From Burkholderiaceae bacterium (GTDB lineage Bacteria; Pseudomonadota; Gammaproteobacteria; Burkholderiales; Burkholderiaceae_C): a stretch of DNA of 64,000 nucleotides. Shown piece after piece: positions 1-11,793 of this stretch. Made by a program: the position numbers and the translations under genes. The notes beneath the pieces are model-generated. The model saw only the letters and a program-made list of their open reading frames with translations. It ran no database searches and was not told where the DNA came from. Where the stretch lies: the NCBI GenBank assembly GCA_030695205.1, contig JAUYTN010000040.1, positions 18,426 to 82,425 of the forward strand, given 5' to 3'. Within the stretch, counting starts at the first letter, position 1; every line of letters starts with the position of its first letter.

Positions 1-530
1 GCAGCGGTGCATTGGCCCAGGTGCAGGCGCTGCGCCAGCTGCACCCCGGCGCAGCCCATGTGTGTTGGGCGCTGTTGGCAGGTGGCCAGTCTGCTGCCAA
101 CGACGACGGTGAGCCCAGTGGCACCGCAGGCCGACCCATGCTGGAGGTGCTGCGGCACCAGCACCTCGATGGCGTGCTGGCCACCACCGTTCGCTACTTT
201 GGTGGCATCAAACTCGGGGCTGGTGGCCTGGTGCGCGCCTACACCGATGCGGTGGCGCAGGCGGTGCTCCAGGCCCATGCGCAGCAGTTGCTGCAACCGC
301 TGCGGCGCTTGCAGACCCTCAGGTGCAGCGTGCCTTACGCCATGGAAGGCTGGCTGCGGCGCGAGCTGCAGGCCAACCCCGATGTGAACCTGCTCTCGGT
401 AGAACACGGCAGTGTCGTCACCGTGTGCATGACCCTGCCTGAGGATCAGGTACCCAGCTGGCAACAGCGGCTGGACGACCGTGCCCAAGGCCGACTGGCT
501 TGGCTGCCAGGCGGGCAAAATACCTCCTGA
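1..530 (+). CDS. IMPACT/YigZ (UPF0029) family protein, 5' end cut by window edge
   Basis: Reading frame is open from the window start; the track ORF 12..530 begins at an internal [17 protein letters not shown] and [15 protein letters not shown] motifs are typical of the YigZ/IMPACT N-domain. Confidence 0.8.
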   Translation, partial: SGALAQVQALRQLHPGAAHVCWALLAGGQSAANDDGEPSGTAGRPMLEVLRHQHLDGVLATTVRYFGGIKLGAGGLVRAYTDAVAQAVLQAHAQQLLQPLRRLQTLRCSVPYAMEGWLRRELQANPDVNLLSVEHGSVVTVCMTLPEDQVPSWQQRLDDRAQGRLAWLPGGQNTS

Positions 531-565
531 ACAACGTTTCTTCCCTTTTCCAACCAAGGATATCC

Positions 566-1309
566 ATGACCCGACTGACCCAGAAAGTAAGCATCATCAC
601 CGGCGCCGCGCAAGGCATTGGCCTGGCCACCGCGCTCAAATTCGCGGCGGAGGGTGCCATCGTCGTGGTGTGCGACGTCAAGCAAGCGGCAGTGGACGCA
701 GCCGTCGCCCAGTGCGAGGCGCTGGGCGCACAGGCGGCCGGGTTTGTGATGGACGTGACCCAGCGCGAGATGGTCGACGCCGTCGTGGCCAGCGTCATGG
801 AGCGTTTTGGCCGGGTGGATGTGCTGGTCAACAACGCAGGCATTACCCAGGATGCGCGTTTGCAGAAGATGACCCTGGAGCAGTTTGACAAGGTCATTGA
901 CGTCAACCTTCGGGGCGTTTTCCATTGCACCCAGGCGGTGGTTGACATCATGGTGGCCCAAGGCTCAGGGGCCATTCTCAATGCCAGCTCTGTGGTGGGT
1001 ATATACGGAAACTTTGGCCAAACCAACTATGCGGCCACCAAATTCGGGGTCATCGGCTTCACCAAAACCTGGAGCCGCGAGCTCGGCCCCAAAGGCATTC
1101 GCGTCAACGCTGTGGCGCCTGGCTTTGTCGCCACCCCTATTCTGGGCACCATCCCAGACAAGGTGATTGCCGAAATGGAGCACCGTGTGCCCCTCAAGCG
1201 CTTGGGCAGGCCTGAGGAGATTGCCAACGTGTACGCCTTCCTGGCCAGTGATGAGGCCAGCTACGTCAACGGTGCCGTGCTCGAAGTGGCCGGCGGCATG
1301 ACCGTTTGA
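566..1309 (+). CDS. short-chain dehydrogenase/reductase, FabG-like
   Basis: ATG at 566 inside track ORF 500..1309. TGAAQGIG cofactor motif, NNAG, catalytic YAATK. Confidence 0.85.
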   Translation: MTRLTQKVSIITGAAQGIGLATALKFAAEGAIVVVCDVKQAAVDAAVAQCEALGAQAAGFVMDVTQREMVDAVVASVMERFGRVDVLVNNAGITQDARLQKMTLEQFDKVIDVNLRGVFHCTQAVVDIMVAQGSGAILNASSVVGIYGNFGQTNYAATKFGVIGFTKTWSRELGPKGIRVNAVAPGFVATPILGTIPDKVIAEMEHRVPLKRLGRPEEIANVYAFLASDEASYVNGAVLEVAGGMTV

Positions 1310-1327
1310 TATTATTTTAAATAAAAT

Positions 1328-1370
1328 GGCTGTTTGCGCTCGTCAATATTCAGCAGTTAGCTATTTTATT
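1328..1370 (+). promoter_or_regulatory. AT-rich promoter-like cassette, copy A (GCGCT-N14-AGTTAGCTAT)
   Basis: GCGCT at 1336-1340 and AGTTAGCTAT at 1355-1364. -35-like TCGTCA and -10-like TATTTT with a 16 nt spacer. Ends about 20 nt upstream of the chromate transporter ATG. Same core as copies at 7987, 31373 and 44267. Confidence 0.5.
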
Positions 1371-1386
1371 TAATAGCCAAGCAGCT

Positions 1387-1965
1387 ATGGCCGACACCCC
1401 ACTGCAGCGCCCTGCCAGCAAAACCGCCCTCTTTTGGGCGTTTTCGTGGCTGGCGCTGCAGGGTTTCGGTGGGGTGGTGGCCATCGTTCAGCGCGAGATG
1501 GTGGAGCGCCGACGCTGGCTGACCCACGCCCAGTTCCTGGACGACTGGTCGGTGGCGCAGGTCATGCCTGGCCCTAACGTGGTCAACCTCTCGCTGATGC
1601 TGGGGGGACGGTTTTTCGGGGGCGCGGGTGCGGCCGTCGCGCTGGCGGGCATGTTGTGCCTGCCACTGGTCATTTTGCTGGTGCTGGTGGTGGCACTCGG
1701 CCAATGGGTGGAAGTTGGACCGGTTCAGGGTGCACTGCGGGGTTTGGGGGCAGTGGCTGCCGGGCTGCTTGCAGGCACTGGCCTGCGCATGCTGGCGCCG
1801 CTGCGCGACAACGCCATGGGCCCTGTGGTGTGCACCGCCCTCGCCTGCGCTTGTTTTGTGGCCGTGGCCTGGTGGCGATTGCCACTGGCATGGGTGCTGC
1901 TGGGCTGCGCCCCCCTGACCACCTGGGCCGCCGCCAGGGCCATCAGGCGCCAAGGTGCACCTTGA
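1387..1965 (+). CDS. chromate transporter (CHR family), half-size protein 1
   Basis: LQGFGGVVAIVQREMVERRRWLTHAQFLDDWSVAQVMPGPNVVN matches the CHR family signature. Multiple TM segments. Confidence 0.85.
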   Translation: MADTPLQRPASKTALFWAFSWLALQGFGGVVAIVQREMVERRRWLTHAQFLDDWSVAQVMPGPNVVNLSLMLGGRFFGGAGAAVALAGMLCLPLVILLVLVVALGQWVEVGPVQGALRGLGAVAAGLLAGTGLRMLAPLRDNAMGPVVCTALACACFVAVAWWRLPLAWVLLGCAPLTTWAAARAIRRQGAP

Positions 1966-2603
1966 GCAGCGCGCTGTCGTGGCAAGACTGGCTGTCCATG
2001 CTGCTGCACTTCGCGGCCTGGTCGCTGCTGTCCATCGGCGGTGCGGTGGCCACCCTGCCCGACATGCACCGCTACCTGCACACGCAGCAGCAGTGGCTCA
2101 GCGAGCTGCAGTTTGGCAGCAGCGTGGCCTTGGCGCAGGCAGCACCGGGCCCCAATGTCTTGTTTGTGGCTTTGCTTGGCTGGCACATCGGGCTCAACGC
2201 CGCTGGGGGCACGGCCGCAGGTTGGCAGGCCTGGCCACTGGCGCTGCTGGGCATGGGTGTGGCCATGGTGGCCATTTTGCTGCCCTCCTCGTTGCTGACC
2301 TACGGTGCCACACGCTGGGTACACCGCCATCAGCAGCAGCTGTGGGTGCGCGCCTTCAAGCAAGGGCTGGCACCGGTGGTGGTGGCGCTGATGCTGGCCA
2401 CCGGCTGGCTGCTGTCGTTCCCGGCACTGGGTGACGCGCCGTTGGGTGGCGTCCCGGATCAGTGGTGGACCTGGCTGCTCCAGCAGCCCTGGGCCGGTTG
2501 GTGCTTGACAGTGGTCGCCGCCCTGCTCGTCTGGCGAACCCGACTCCACCTGCTGTGGCTGCTGGGGGCGGGTGCGCTATTGGGCGCGATGGGTTGGGTC
2601 TGA
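1962..2603 (+). CDS. chromate transporter (CHR family), half-size protein 2
   Basis: SIGGAVATLPDMHRYLHTQQQWLSELQFGSSVALAQAAPGPNVLFV repeats the CHR signature. Proposed TTG start at 1962 overlaps the upstream stop (TTGA); alternative ATG at 1998. The track ORF 1656.. is extended upstream in an overlapping frame. Confidence 0.75.
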   Translation: MSSALSWQDWLSMLLHFAAWSLLSIGGAVATLPDMHRYLHTQQQWLSELQFGSSVALAQAAPGPNVLFVALLGWHIGLNAAGGTAAGWQAWPLALLGMGVAMVAILLPSSLLTYGATRWVHRHQQQLWVRAFKQGLAPVVVALMLATGWLLSFPALGDAPLGGVPDQWWTWLLQQPWAGWCLTVVAALLVWRTRLHLLWLLGAGALLGAMGWV

Positions 2604-3380
2604 GGCGCTTGTTGCTGTTGCTACTGACTGTGCCTGGCGCTGGCGCAGGGCTTCGTACAGGCACACCCCGCTGGCCACCGACACGTTCAGGCTTTCCACC
2701 GCGCCTTGCATGGGGATGCTGATGAGTGCGTCGCAAGTTTTGCGGGTCAGCTGGCGCATACCGGCGCCCTCGGCCCCCAGCACCAGCGCCACCGCACCGG
2801 TCAGGTCGGCCTGGTAGAGGGTTTGGGGTGCGTCGTCGCTGGTCCCGATGATCCAGATGTTGCGCTCTTTGAGTTCACCCAGGGTGCGCGCCAGGTTGGT
2901 GACCATGAAGTACGGCACAGTTTCGGCAGCCCCACTGGCCACCTTGGCCACGGTGGCGTTGATGCCTGCCGCGTGGTCTTTGGGGGCGATGACGGCGTGG
3001 GCCCCTGCCCCGTCGGCCACCCGCAGGCAGGCCCCCAGGTTGTGGGGGTCGGTGATGCCGTCCAGCACCAGCAGCAAGGGGTTGGCCACCCCGTCGGCCT
3101 CCAGTTGCTCCAGCAAGTCGTCGAGCGAATGCACCTGGGCCACGGCCTCCACCTTGGCAGCCACGCCCTGGTGGCCATGGCTGCCCGCGAGCCGGGCTAA
3201 GCGAACCACATCGACCTCGATCAGCCGAACCCCTGCCTCGCGCGCGCGCTCGGTGAACTGGCGCATGCGGGCGTCGCGGCGGGTAGGGTCGACATACACC
3301 TCGATGACCGATGCAGGCGCTGTTTTCAACCGCACGCCCACGGCGTGAAACCCAAAAAGTACTTTGTGTGGTGATGACAT
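2577..3380 (-). CDS. rlmB: 23S rRNA (guanosine-2'-O)-methyltransferase RlmB (SpoU/TrmH family)
   Basis: SpoU substrate-binding N-domain followed by GITDPHNLGACLRVADGAG and LVLGAEGAGMR...SLNVSVASG methylase motifs. Confidence 0.9.
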   Translation of the reverse strand: MSSPHKVLFGFHAVGVRLKTAPASVIEVYVDPTRRDARMRQFTERAREAGVRLIEVDVVRLARLAGSHGHQGVAAKVEAVAQVHSLDDLLEQLEADGVANPLLLVLDGITDPHNLGACLRVADGAGAHAVIAPKDHAAGINATVAKVASGAAETVPYFMVTNLARTLGELKERNIWIIGTSDDAPQTLYQADLTGAVALVLGAEGAGMRQLTRKTCDALISIPMQGAVESLNVSVASGVCLYEALRQRQAQSVATATSASDPTHRAQ

Positions 3381-3421
3381 GGGGGGCGATTATCCCCGCC
3401 CGCCCGCCCGCGCCCAGTGCC

Positions 3422-4177
3422 TCACCTCACCATGCGACCAGCCTCGATGGTGATGCGGTGCTCGCACCGGGCGGCAATGCCCCTGTCGTGGGTCACCAGC
3501 AGCAAGGTGGTGCCCAGCTCGCGGTTGAGGTCGAACATCAGGTTCATGACGGTCTCGCCGGTGGCAAAGTCCAGGCTGCCCGTGGGCTCATCGGCCAGCA
3601 GCACCGCCGGCCGCACCACAAACGCCCGCGCCAGGGCCACCCGCTGCTGCTCTCCCCCCGACAGCACCTTGGGGTAGTGACCCAGGCGCTGGCCCAGCCC
3701 CACCCTCTGCAGCATGTCGGTGGCCAAAGCACGGGCATCGCGCTGCCCGCCCAACTCCAGGGGCAGCATGACATTCTCCAGCGCGGTGAGGTTGCCCATA
3801 AGCTGAAAGCTCTGGAACACAAACCCTACCTTTTCGGCACGCAGCGCCGCACGCTCGTCCTCGGTGAGCACAAACAGGTCTTGCCCATCAAGGCGCACGG
3901 TGCCGGTGGTGGGTGTGTCCAGCCCCGCGATGATGGATAGCAATGTGCTTTTGCCCGACCCTGATGCGCCCACAATGGCAGCGGTTTCGCCCCGCTGCAG
4001 AGAAAAATCGATATCGCGCAAAATAGACAGAGTGCCACCGGAATCGGTGACCGACTTGCCCAGACCCTCTACCGCCACCACCGTGGCGGCACCTGAGACG
4101 CTTTTCGGGTCATGGCGACCCACCTCGGACTTCACATTCGCAACGTCAGACATGCCCAAACCCATCTCCATTGACAC
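3422..4177 (-). CDS. ABC transporter ATP-binding protein (YbbA/LolD-like)
   Basis: Walker A GASGSGKST, signature LSGGEQQRVALARA, Walker B LLADEPTGSLD. Divergent from a tesA-like gene, as in E. coli tesA/ybbA. The exact start among several N-terminal Met codons is uncertain. Confidence 0.85.
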   Translation of the reverse strand: MSMEMGLGMSDVANVKSEVGRHDPKSVSGAATVVAVEGLGKSVTDSGGTLSILRDIDFSLQRGETAAIVGASGSGKSTLLSIIAGLDTPTTGTVRLDGQDLFVLTEDERAALRAEKVGFVFQSFQLMGNLTALENVMLPLELGGQRDARALATDMLQRVGLGQRLGHYPKVLSGGEQQRVALARAFVVRPAVLLADEPTGSLDFATGETVMNLMFDLNRELGTTLLLVTHDRGIAARCEHRITIEAGRMVR

Positions 4178-4865
4178 GGCAAAACGCCGCTGGTGCGCAC
4201 ACTGTAGCGTTCTGTGTGCCTCCCTGGCGGTTGGCTGGGCAATGACCGCCGCGCCGCTGCCGGCTCATGCCCGCGCATCGGAGCCAGCCGGGGGCGCACC
4301 GACCACATCCGCCACGGTGCTGGTGGTGGGCGACTCGCTCAGCGCCGAGTACGGCCTGGCCAGGGGCACGGGCTGGGTCGCGTTGCTGACGCAGCGGCTG
4401 CAAGAGCGGCAGCCACCGGTGCAGGTCATCAATGCCAGCGTCAGTGGAGACACCACCGCCGGTGGGCGCTCGCGTTTACCCGCGCTGCTGCGCACCCACC
4501 GCCCCACCCATGTGGTGATTGAACTCGGCGGCAACGATGCACTGCGTGGGCTGGACCTGCGCATGACCGAGGCCAACCTGAGCCAAATGGCCGAATCCGC
4601 ACGCCAGGCAGGCGCCCGAGTGACGGTGGTGGGCATGCAAGTGCCGCCCAACTACGGCGCGGCCTACAGCCGCGATTTCATCGAGCTGTTTGCACGCGTG
4701 GCGAAGAAGCACCAGGCTGCCCTAGTGCCTTTTTTGCTGAAAAACGTGGCCGACGGCCCCCAGCCCACCGCCCTCTTCCAGCCGGACCGCATCCACCCGA
4801 ACGAGCAGGCCCAGCCCCTGATGCTGGCCAACGTGTGGCCGGTGCTGCGCCCCCAACTTCCCTGA
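4152..4865 (+). CDS. tesA: SGNH/GDSL arylesterase / thioesterase I-like, secreted
   Basis: ATG at 4152 inside track ORF 3864..4865 gives a signal-like N-terminus. GDSL block VVGDSLSAEYG, GGNDALRG block, DRIHPN block. Confidence 0.85.
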   Translation: MPKPISIDTAKRRWCAHCSVLCASLAVGWAMTAAPLPAHARASEPAGGAPTTSATVLVVGDSLSAEYGLARGTGWVALLTQRLQERQPPVQVINASVSGDTTAGGRSRLPALLRTHRPTHVVIELGGNDALRGLDLRMTEANLSQMAESARQAGARVTVVGMQVPPNYGAAYSRDFIELFARVAKKHQAALVPFLLKNVADGPQPTALFQPDRIHPNEQAQPLMLANVWPVLRPQLP

Positions 4866-4871
4866 ATCTCC

Positions 4872-5981
4872 ATGAGTCTGACCACACTGCCAGCCAACCA
4901 GGCGCTGGCCCAATTGGAAGGGTTCGATGCCATCGTCGATGCCCGAACCCCCCTGGAACATGCCCTGGATCACCTGCCGGGAGCCGTCAACTGGCCCAGC
5001 CTCGACGACGACGAGCGGGTAACCATTGGCACCATGTACAAACAGGTCAACCCCTTCGAGGCCAAAAAGCGGGGCGCTGCGATGGTGGCCCGCAACGTAG
5101 CGCGACATATCGAGCGCGAGCTGCTGGATGCCCCCCGCAGCTGGCGACCACTGGTGTACTGCTGGCGTGGTGGCAACCGCAGCGGGGCCCTGGCCACCAT
5201 CCTGAGCGCCATCGGATTTCAGGTGACCCTGCTGGAAGGGGGCTACAAAGCCTTTCGCCACGCGCTGTTGGACGACCTGCCCCGCCAGGCCCAGCGCCTG
5301 AGCTACCGCGTGGTGTGTGGCCCAACCGGCAGTGGCAAAACCCGACTGCTGCACGCACTGCGCGCAGCAGGTGCCCAGGTACTGGACCTGGAAGCCCTGG
5401 CCAACCACCGTAGCTCGGTGCTGGGCCACATCCCCGGTGTGCGCCAGCCCAGCCAGAAGCACTTTGACACGCTGATCTGGAACGCCCTGCGCGGCATGTC
5501 AGACCAGCGCCCGGTGTATGTGGAGAGCGAAAGCAAAAAGGTCGGTAACGTCGGTGTACCCGATGCCCTGATGGACGCCATGCGCACCAGCCCCTGCATC
5601 GACCTGCACCTGCCAACCGACGAGCGGGTGGAGTTGCTGCTGGAGGACTACCGATTTTTCGTGACCGACCCGGAGTTTTTTTGCCAGCGCCTGCTGGCGC
5701 TCAACGAGCGCAGGGGCCAGGCCCAGGTGGGCGAATGGATCTCACAGGTGCGTGGTCAACAAACCCCCAAAGTGGTGCACTCGCTGCTGACTGAGCACTA
5801 CGACCCGATGTATGCGCAGTCCATTGGCCGAAATTTTGTGCAATACGGCCACGCACTGCCCTGCGAGTTGTCAAGCCGTTCACCTGAGGCCCTGGCGCAA
5901 GCAGCCCAGTGGCTCATGGACCATGAGCACCTCATGGCTCAGGCTGAACCTTCCGCCAGCCGACTGACCTCGTTGGCCTGA
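4872..5981 (+). CDS. selU: tRNA 2-selenouridine synthase
   Basis: Rhodanese domain with CWRGGNRS active-site loop followed by P-loop GPTGSGKT. 369 aa. Confidence 0.9.
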   Translation: MSLTTLPANQALAQLEGFDAIVDARTPLEHALDHLPGAVNWPSLDDDERVTIGTMYKQVNPFEAKKRGAAMVARNVARHIERELLDAPRSWRPLVYCWRGGNRSGALATILSAIGFQVTLLEGGYKAFRHALLDDLPRQAQRLSYRVVCGPTGSGKTRLLHALRAAGAQVLDLEALANHRSSVLGHIPGVRQPSQKHFDTLIWNALRGMSDQRPVYVESESKKVGNVGVPDALMDAMRTSPCIDLHLPTDERVELLLEDYRFFVTDPEFFCQRLLALNERRGQAQVGEWISQVRGQQTPKVVHSLLTEHYDPMYAQSIGRNFVQYGHALPCELSSRSPEALAQAAQWLMDHEHLMAQAEPSASRLTSLA

Positions 5982-6000
5982 GCGAGGTCAGGGGGGCGTT

Positions 6001-6204
6001 TCAGGACGGGTCGGCCTTGGACGCGCTGTCGGCATCGGCGCCCGGCACACCTGCCGGGCCATCGGAACCTTCTGGGCCGTCCACCCCGTCAGGCTCGCCG
6101 TCGCCGTGCTTGCGCTCGGCCTTGGATTTGAGTTTTTCTTCCTTCTTCTTGCGCTTGGCGAGTTCGCGCTGGCGTTTTTCGTATCCGTAGTTGGGTGTTG
6201 CCAA
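6001..6204 (-). CDS. small hypothetical protein with Lys/Glu-rich N-half and acidic Gly/Asp/Pro tail
   Basis: 67 aa ORF filling an otherwise empty gap. No recognisable domain. Confidence 0.45.
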   Translation of the reverse strand: MATPNYGYEKRQRELAKRKKKEEKLKSKAERKHGDGEPDGVDGPEGSDGPAGVPGADADSASKADPS

Positions 6205-6245
6205 AAGCTGCTTTCGTTGATGGGGTGAATGAATGGGTCAAAAAA

Positions 6246-7463
6246 TCAGTGGCCAGAGAACACGGCCATGGCCTGCTCCAGATCGGCCTGCAGGTCCGCG
6301 GCGGCCTCCAGGCCCACCGCAAAACGCACCAGGCACCCTGCATGTGGCCAGGGGCGCTGGCGGATGGCTGGCACATCGTAGGGCGCACACAGGCTGATGG
6401 GGCCCGCCCAGCTCCAGCCCAACCGGAACAGGCGCAAGCGGTCACAAAACGCATCGATGAGCGGCTGGCCCAGCTCAGGCTTGAACACCGCACTGAACAG
6501 GCAGGCAGCCGCCGTGGCATCGCGCGCCCAGTGGGCGTGACCGGGCGAACCCGGCAACGCAGGGTGCAGCACAGCGGCCACTTCGGGGCGCTGCTGCATC
6601 CAGCCTGCCAGGGCACGGGTGGTTTGGTCCTGGGCGGCATAGCGCAGCGCCACAGACGGCAGGCCGCGCAGCACCAACTCGGCATCGTTGGCACCCACGC
6701 CGTGTCCGAGCCGCATGTGGGTCATGAGCAGGGTCTGGTGCAGGGCGGGGTCGCGGGTAACAACCGAGCCCATGAGCACATCTGCGCCGCCGCTGGGGTA
6801 CTTGGTCAGGGCTTGCATGGACATGTCCACACCCAGATCAAAGGCCTGGAACGCAATGCCTGCGCCCCAGGTGTTGTCCAGGGCGGTGAAGATGGGGCGT
6901 GCGGTGCAAGCGCTGTTGGCCCGGCGCACCACGTCCACCAGCGCGGGCAGGTCCGGGTACTCCAGGGTGATGGAGCCAGGGGCTTCCAGCCACACCAGGC
7001 GGGTGGCGGGGGTGATGAGGCGGGCCAAGTCGGCCGGGTCCATGGGGTCGTAGTACCGGGTGCTGATGCCCCAGGCGCGCAATTCATGCTCGGCAAAGGC
7101 CTTGTTGGGGCCGTAGGCGTTGTCGGGAACCAGCAGCTCATCGCCCTGGCGCAGGCAAGCCATGTCCACCAGACCCACTGCGGCCAGGCCACTGGGCACC
7201 AGCACGCAATGGTTGCCACCTTCCAGGGTGGCGATGCGCTCTTCCAGGGTGAAGGTGGTGGGGGTGCCGTGCAACCCGTAGGTGTAGCCCGACTTGTCGC
7301 GCCACTCCCGTTCGCGCAGCTCCTGTACGTTGCCAAAAAACACCGTTGAGGCCTTGTGTACCCCCGGTGCCACCGCCTCAAAGCCAGCGGGAGGCGTGTA
7401 GGCGTGGTGGATCAGCCGGGTGGACAGGGACGCTGTCATGCCCTGCCCCATCAAAGCTTCCAC
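6246..7463 (-). CDS. metC: cystathionine beta-lyase (PLP-dependent Cys/Met metabolism family)
   Basis: TRLIHH...GYTYGLHGTPTTFTLEERIATLEGG N-terminal block and TKYPSGGADVLMG PLP-lysine region. The start could be one of the Met codons at 7463, 7451 or 7439. Confidence 0.85.
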   Translation of the reverse strand: MEALMGQGMTASLSTRLIHHAYTPPAGFEAVAPGVHKASTVFFGNVQELREREWRDKSGYTYGLHGTPTTFTLEERIATLEGGNHCVLVPSGLAAVGLVDMACLRQGDELLVPDNAYGPNKAFAEHELRAWGISTRYYDPMDPADLARLITPATRLVWLEAPGSITLEYPDLPALVDVVRRANSACTARPIFTALDNTWGAGIAFQAFDLGVDMSMQALTKYPSGGADVLMGSVVTRDPALHQTLLMTHMRLGHGVGANDAELVLRGLPSVALRYAAQDQTTRALAGWMQQRPEVAAVLHPALPGSPGHAHWARDATAAACLFSAVFKPELGQPLIDAFCDRLRLFRLGWSWAGPISLCAPYDVPAIRQRPWPHAGCLVRFAVGLEAAADLQADLEQAMAVFSGH

Positions 7464-7975
7464 TTGTCCAGCAATGCCGCAGGGCGCAGGCTGTCGTAGC
7501 CCTCGAAAGGCTGGTGGATCCAGGGGTTGGTGGGCAGGAACTCCACCGAATAGTCGGGCTGGAAGGAAGAGACGCCTTTGGTCCAGATCACCGCGCTCCT
7601 GAGTTCGGTGATGGGCTCGTAGTGGTTCTTCAGGGTGTTGATCACCGCTTGCAGGGTGTGGCCGGTATCGGCGAGGTCGTCCACCAGCAGCACCTTACCC
7701 GCAATTTCACCTTTTGGTGTGGTGATGTAGCGAGCGATGTCTAGCCGCCCCTGCACCGTGCCGGCATCGGCCCGGTAGGAACTGGTGGACATGATGGCCA
7801 GTGGTTTGTCAAAAATGCGCGACAGAATGTCACCCGGACGCATACCCCCGCGAGCTAAGCACAGGATGGTGTCGAACTCCCAGCCTGACTGGTACACCTT
7901 GAGTGCCATCTTCTCGATGAGGTTGTGGTACTCGTCATAAGACACGTACAGGTGTTTGCCGTCTTCTGTCAACAT
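7451..7975 (-). CDS. phosphoribosyltransferase family protein
   Basis: PRPP-binding motif VLLVDDLADTGHTL. Sits immediately downstream of purA. Confidence 0.8.
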   Translation of the reverse strand: MLTEDGKHLYVSYDEYHNLIEKMALKVYQSGWEFDTILCLARGGMRPGDILSRIFDKPLAIMSTSSYRADAGTVQGRLDIARYITTPKGEIAGKVLLVDDLADTGHTLQAVINTLKNHYEPITELRSAVIWTKGVSSFQPDYSVEFLPTNPWIHQPFEGYDSLRPAALLDKWKL

Positions 7976-7986
7976 GGATACACTCC

Positions 7987-8029
7987 AAAATAATAGCTAA
8001 CTATACTTATATATCAAGCGCAAATTGCA
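7987..8029 (-). promoter_or_regulatory. AT-rich promoter-like cassette, copy B
   Basis: In gene orientation: GCGCT TGATATATAAGTAT AGTTAGCTAT. -35 TTGATA, 16 nt spacer, -10 TATTAT. A GGAG Shine-Dalgarno and the phosphoribosyltransferase ATG follow within about 20 nt. Confidence 0.55.
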
Positions 8030-8045
8030 CTTTATATATAAAATT

Positions 8046-10630
<2,585 letters not shown>

Positions 10631-10676
10631 GTCAATTCAGGGGGGCTTGTTAAAAAATGGATTCTACCGGGGTGGC

Positions 10677-10862
10677 TCAGCCCAGCAGCCACATACCCAC
10701 CACCCCCACCAGCACGGCACACAATCCGTAGAAGCGCAGCTGACCATCGGACAGTTGCAACAGGGTCGCAAACACCTGGCGCCACCGAGCGGGGGCCAAC
10801 AATGGAAAAAGGCCCTCAATCACGCAGACGAGGGCCACAGCCATCCACAGGCTCAACTCCAT
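10677..10862 (-). CDS. DUF2065-family small membrane protein
   Basis: 61 aa, two hydrophobic helices. Conserved position between hflC and hisZ. Confidence 0.7.
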   Translation of the reverse strand: MELSLWMAVALVCVIEGLFPLLAPARWRQVFATLLQLSDGQLRFYGLCAVLVGVVGMWLLG

Positions 10863-10868
10863 GCGGCG

Positions 10869-11765
10869 CTACTTGGCCGCAGCACCCACGCTGCTGCTGC
10901 GCATGGCCTTGAAGAAGTCGGACGAAGGATCCATGACCATGACGTCGGATTTCTTGGCAAAGCTGGTTTTGTAAGCCTCCAGGCTGCGGTAGAACTGGGC
11001 AAAGGCAGGGTCGCGGCCAAAGGCCTCGGCATAGGTGCGGGCCGCCTCGGCATCGCCCTCGCCCTTGACCTTCTGCGCTTCGCGGTAGGCATTGGCCAGG
11101 GTGACTTCGCGCTGGCGATCGGCAGATGCCCGAATCTGCTCGCCCTCTGCGGCGCCGGTTGAACGCAGCTGGTTGGCCACCTGCTGGCGCTCGGCCTCCA
11201 TGCGGCGATAGACCGACTCAGTGATGGTTTCGAAGTAGTCGATACGGTTGATCCGAACATCCACCACATCCATGCCCCAGGGCTTTTCGGCACTCCGCAC
11301 AGCGGCCAGTACCTGGCCGAGCACATCACCCATGAGCTGGTCGCGCCGGGTGGACAGCAGCTCGTTGACGGAGCGCTTGTTGACCTCTTGCTGGAACGAG
11401 TTGCGAACCACCCGTGTCAGCTGCAGGGCACCGGCACGCTCATCGAGCCCCACGTTGCGGATGTACTCCTGCGGCTCGGCAATGCGCCAGCGCACGTACC
11501 AATCGATCACCACACGCTGCTTTTCGGCCGTCAGCATGGGTTCGGCATCGCTGCTTTCCAGCGTCAGCAAGCGCTTGTCGATGTACGACACGTTTTGAAA
11601 CGGCGGGGGCAGCTTGAAGTTCAGCCCCGGCTCGGTAATGACCGAGCGAATCTGGCCCAGCTGGTACACCACGCCAAACTGGCGCTGGTCGACCACAAAA
11701 AGCGTCGAGCCCACAACGGCCAGCAGCAACAGCAGCGAGGCGCCAATCAATCCCAATCTGTTCAT
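10869..11765 (-). CDS. hflC: protease modulator HflC (SPFH/band 7)
   Basis: N-terminal TM segment plus SPFH domain. Directly downstream of hflK. Confidence 0.92.
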   Translation of the reverse strand: MNRLGLIGASLLLLLAVVGSTLFVVDQRQFGVVYQLGQIRSVITEPGLNFKLPPPFQNVSYIDKRLLTLESSDAEPMLTAEKQRVVIDWYVRWRIAEPQEYIRNVGLDERAGALQLTRVVRNSFQQEVNKRSVNELLSTRRDQLMGDVLGQVLAAVRSAEKPWGMDVVDVRINRIDYFETITESVYRRMEAERQQVANQLRSTGAAEGEQIRASADRQREVTLANAYREAQKVKGEGDAEAARTYAEAFGRDPAFAQFYRSLEAYKTSFAKKSDVMVMDPSSDFFKAMRSSSVGAAAK

Positions 11766-11793
11766 GTGTGCAAAATTCCTGTGTGAGTGGGGG

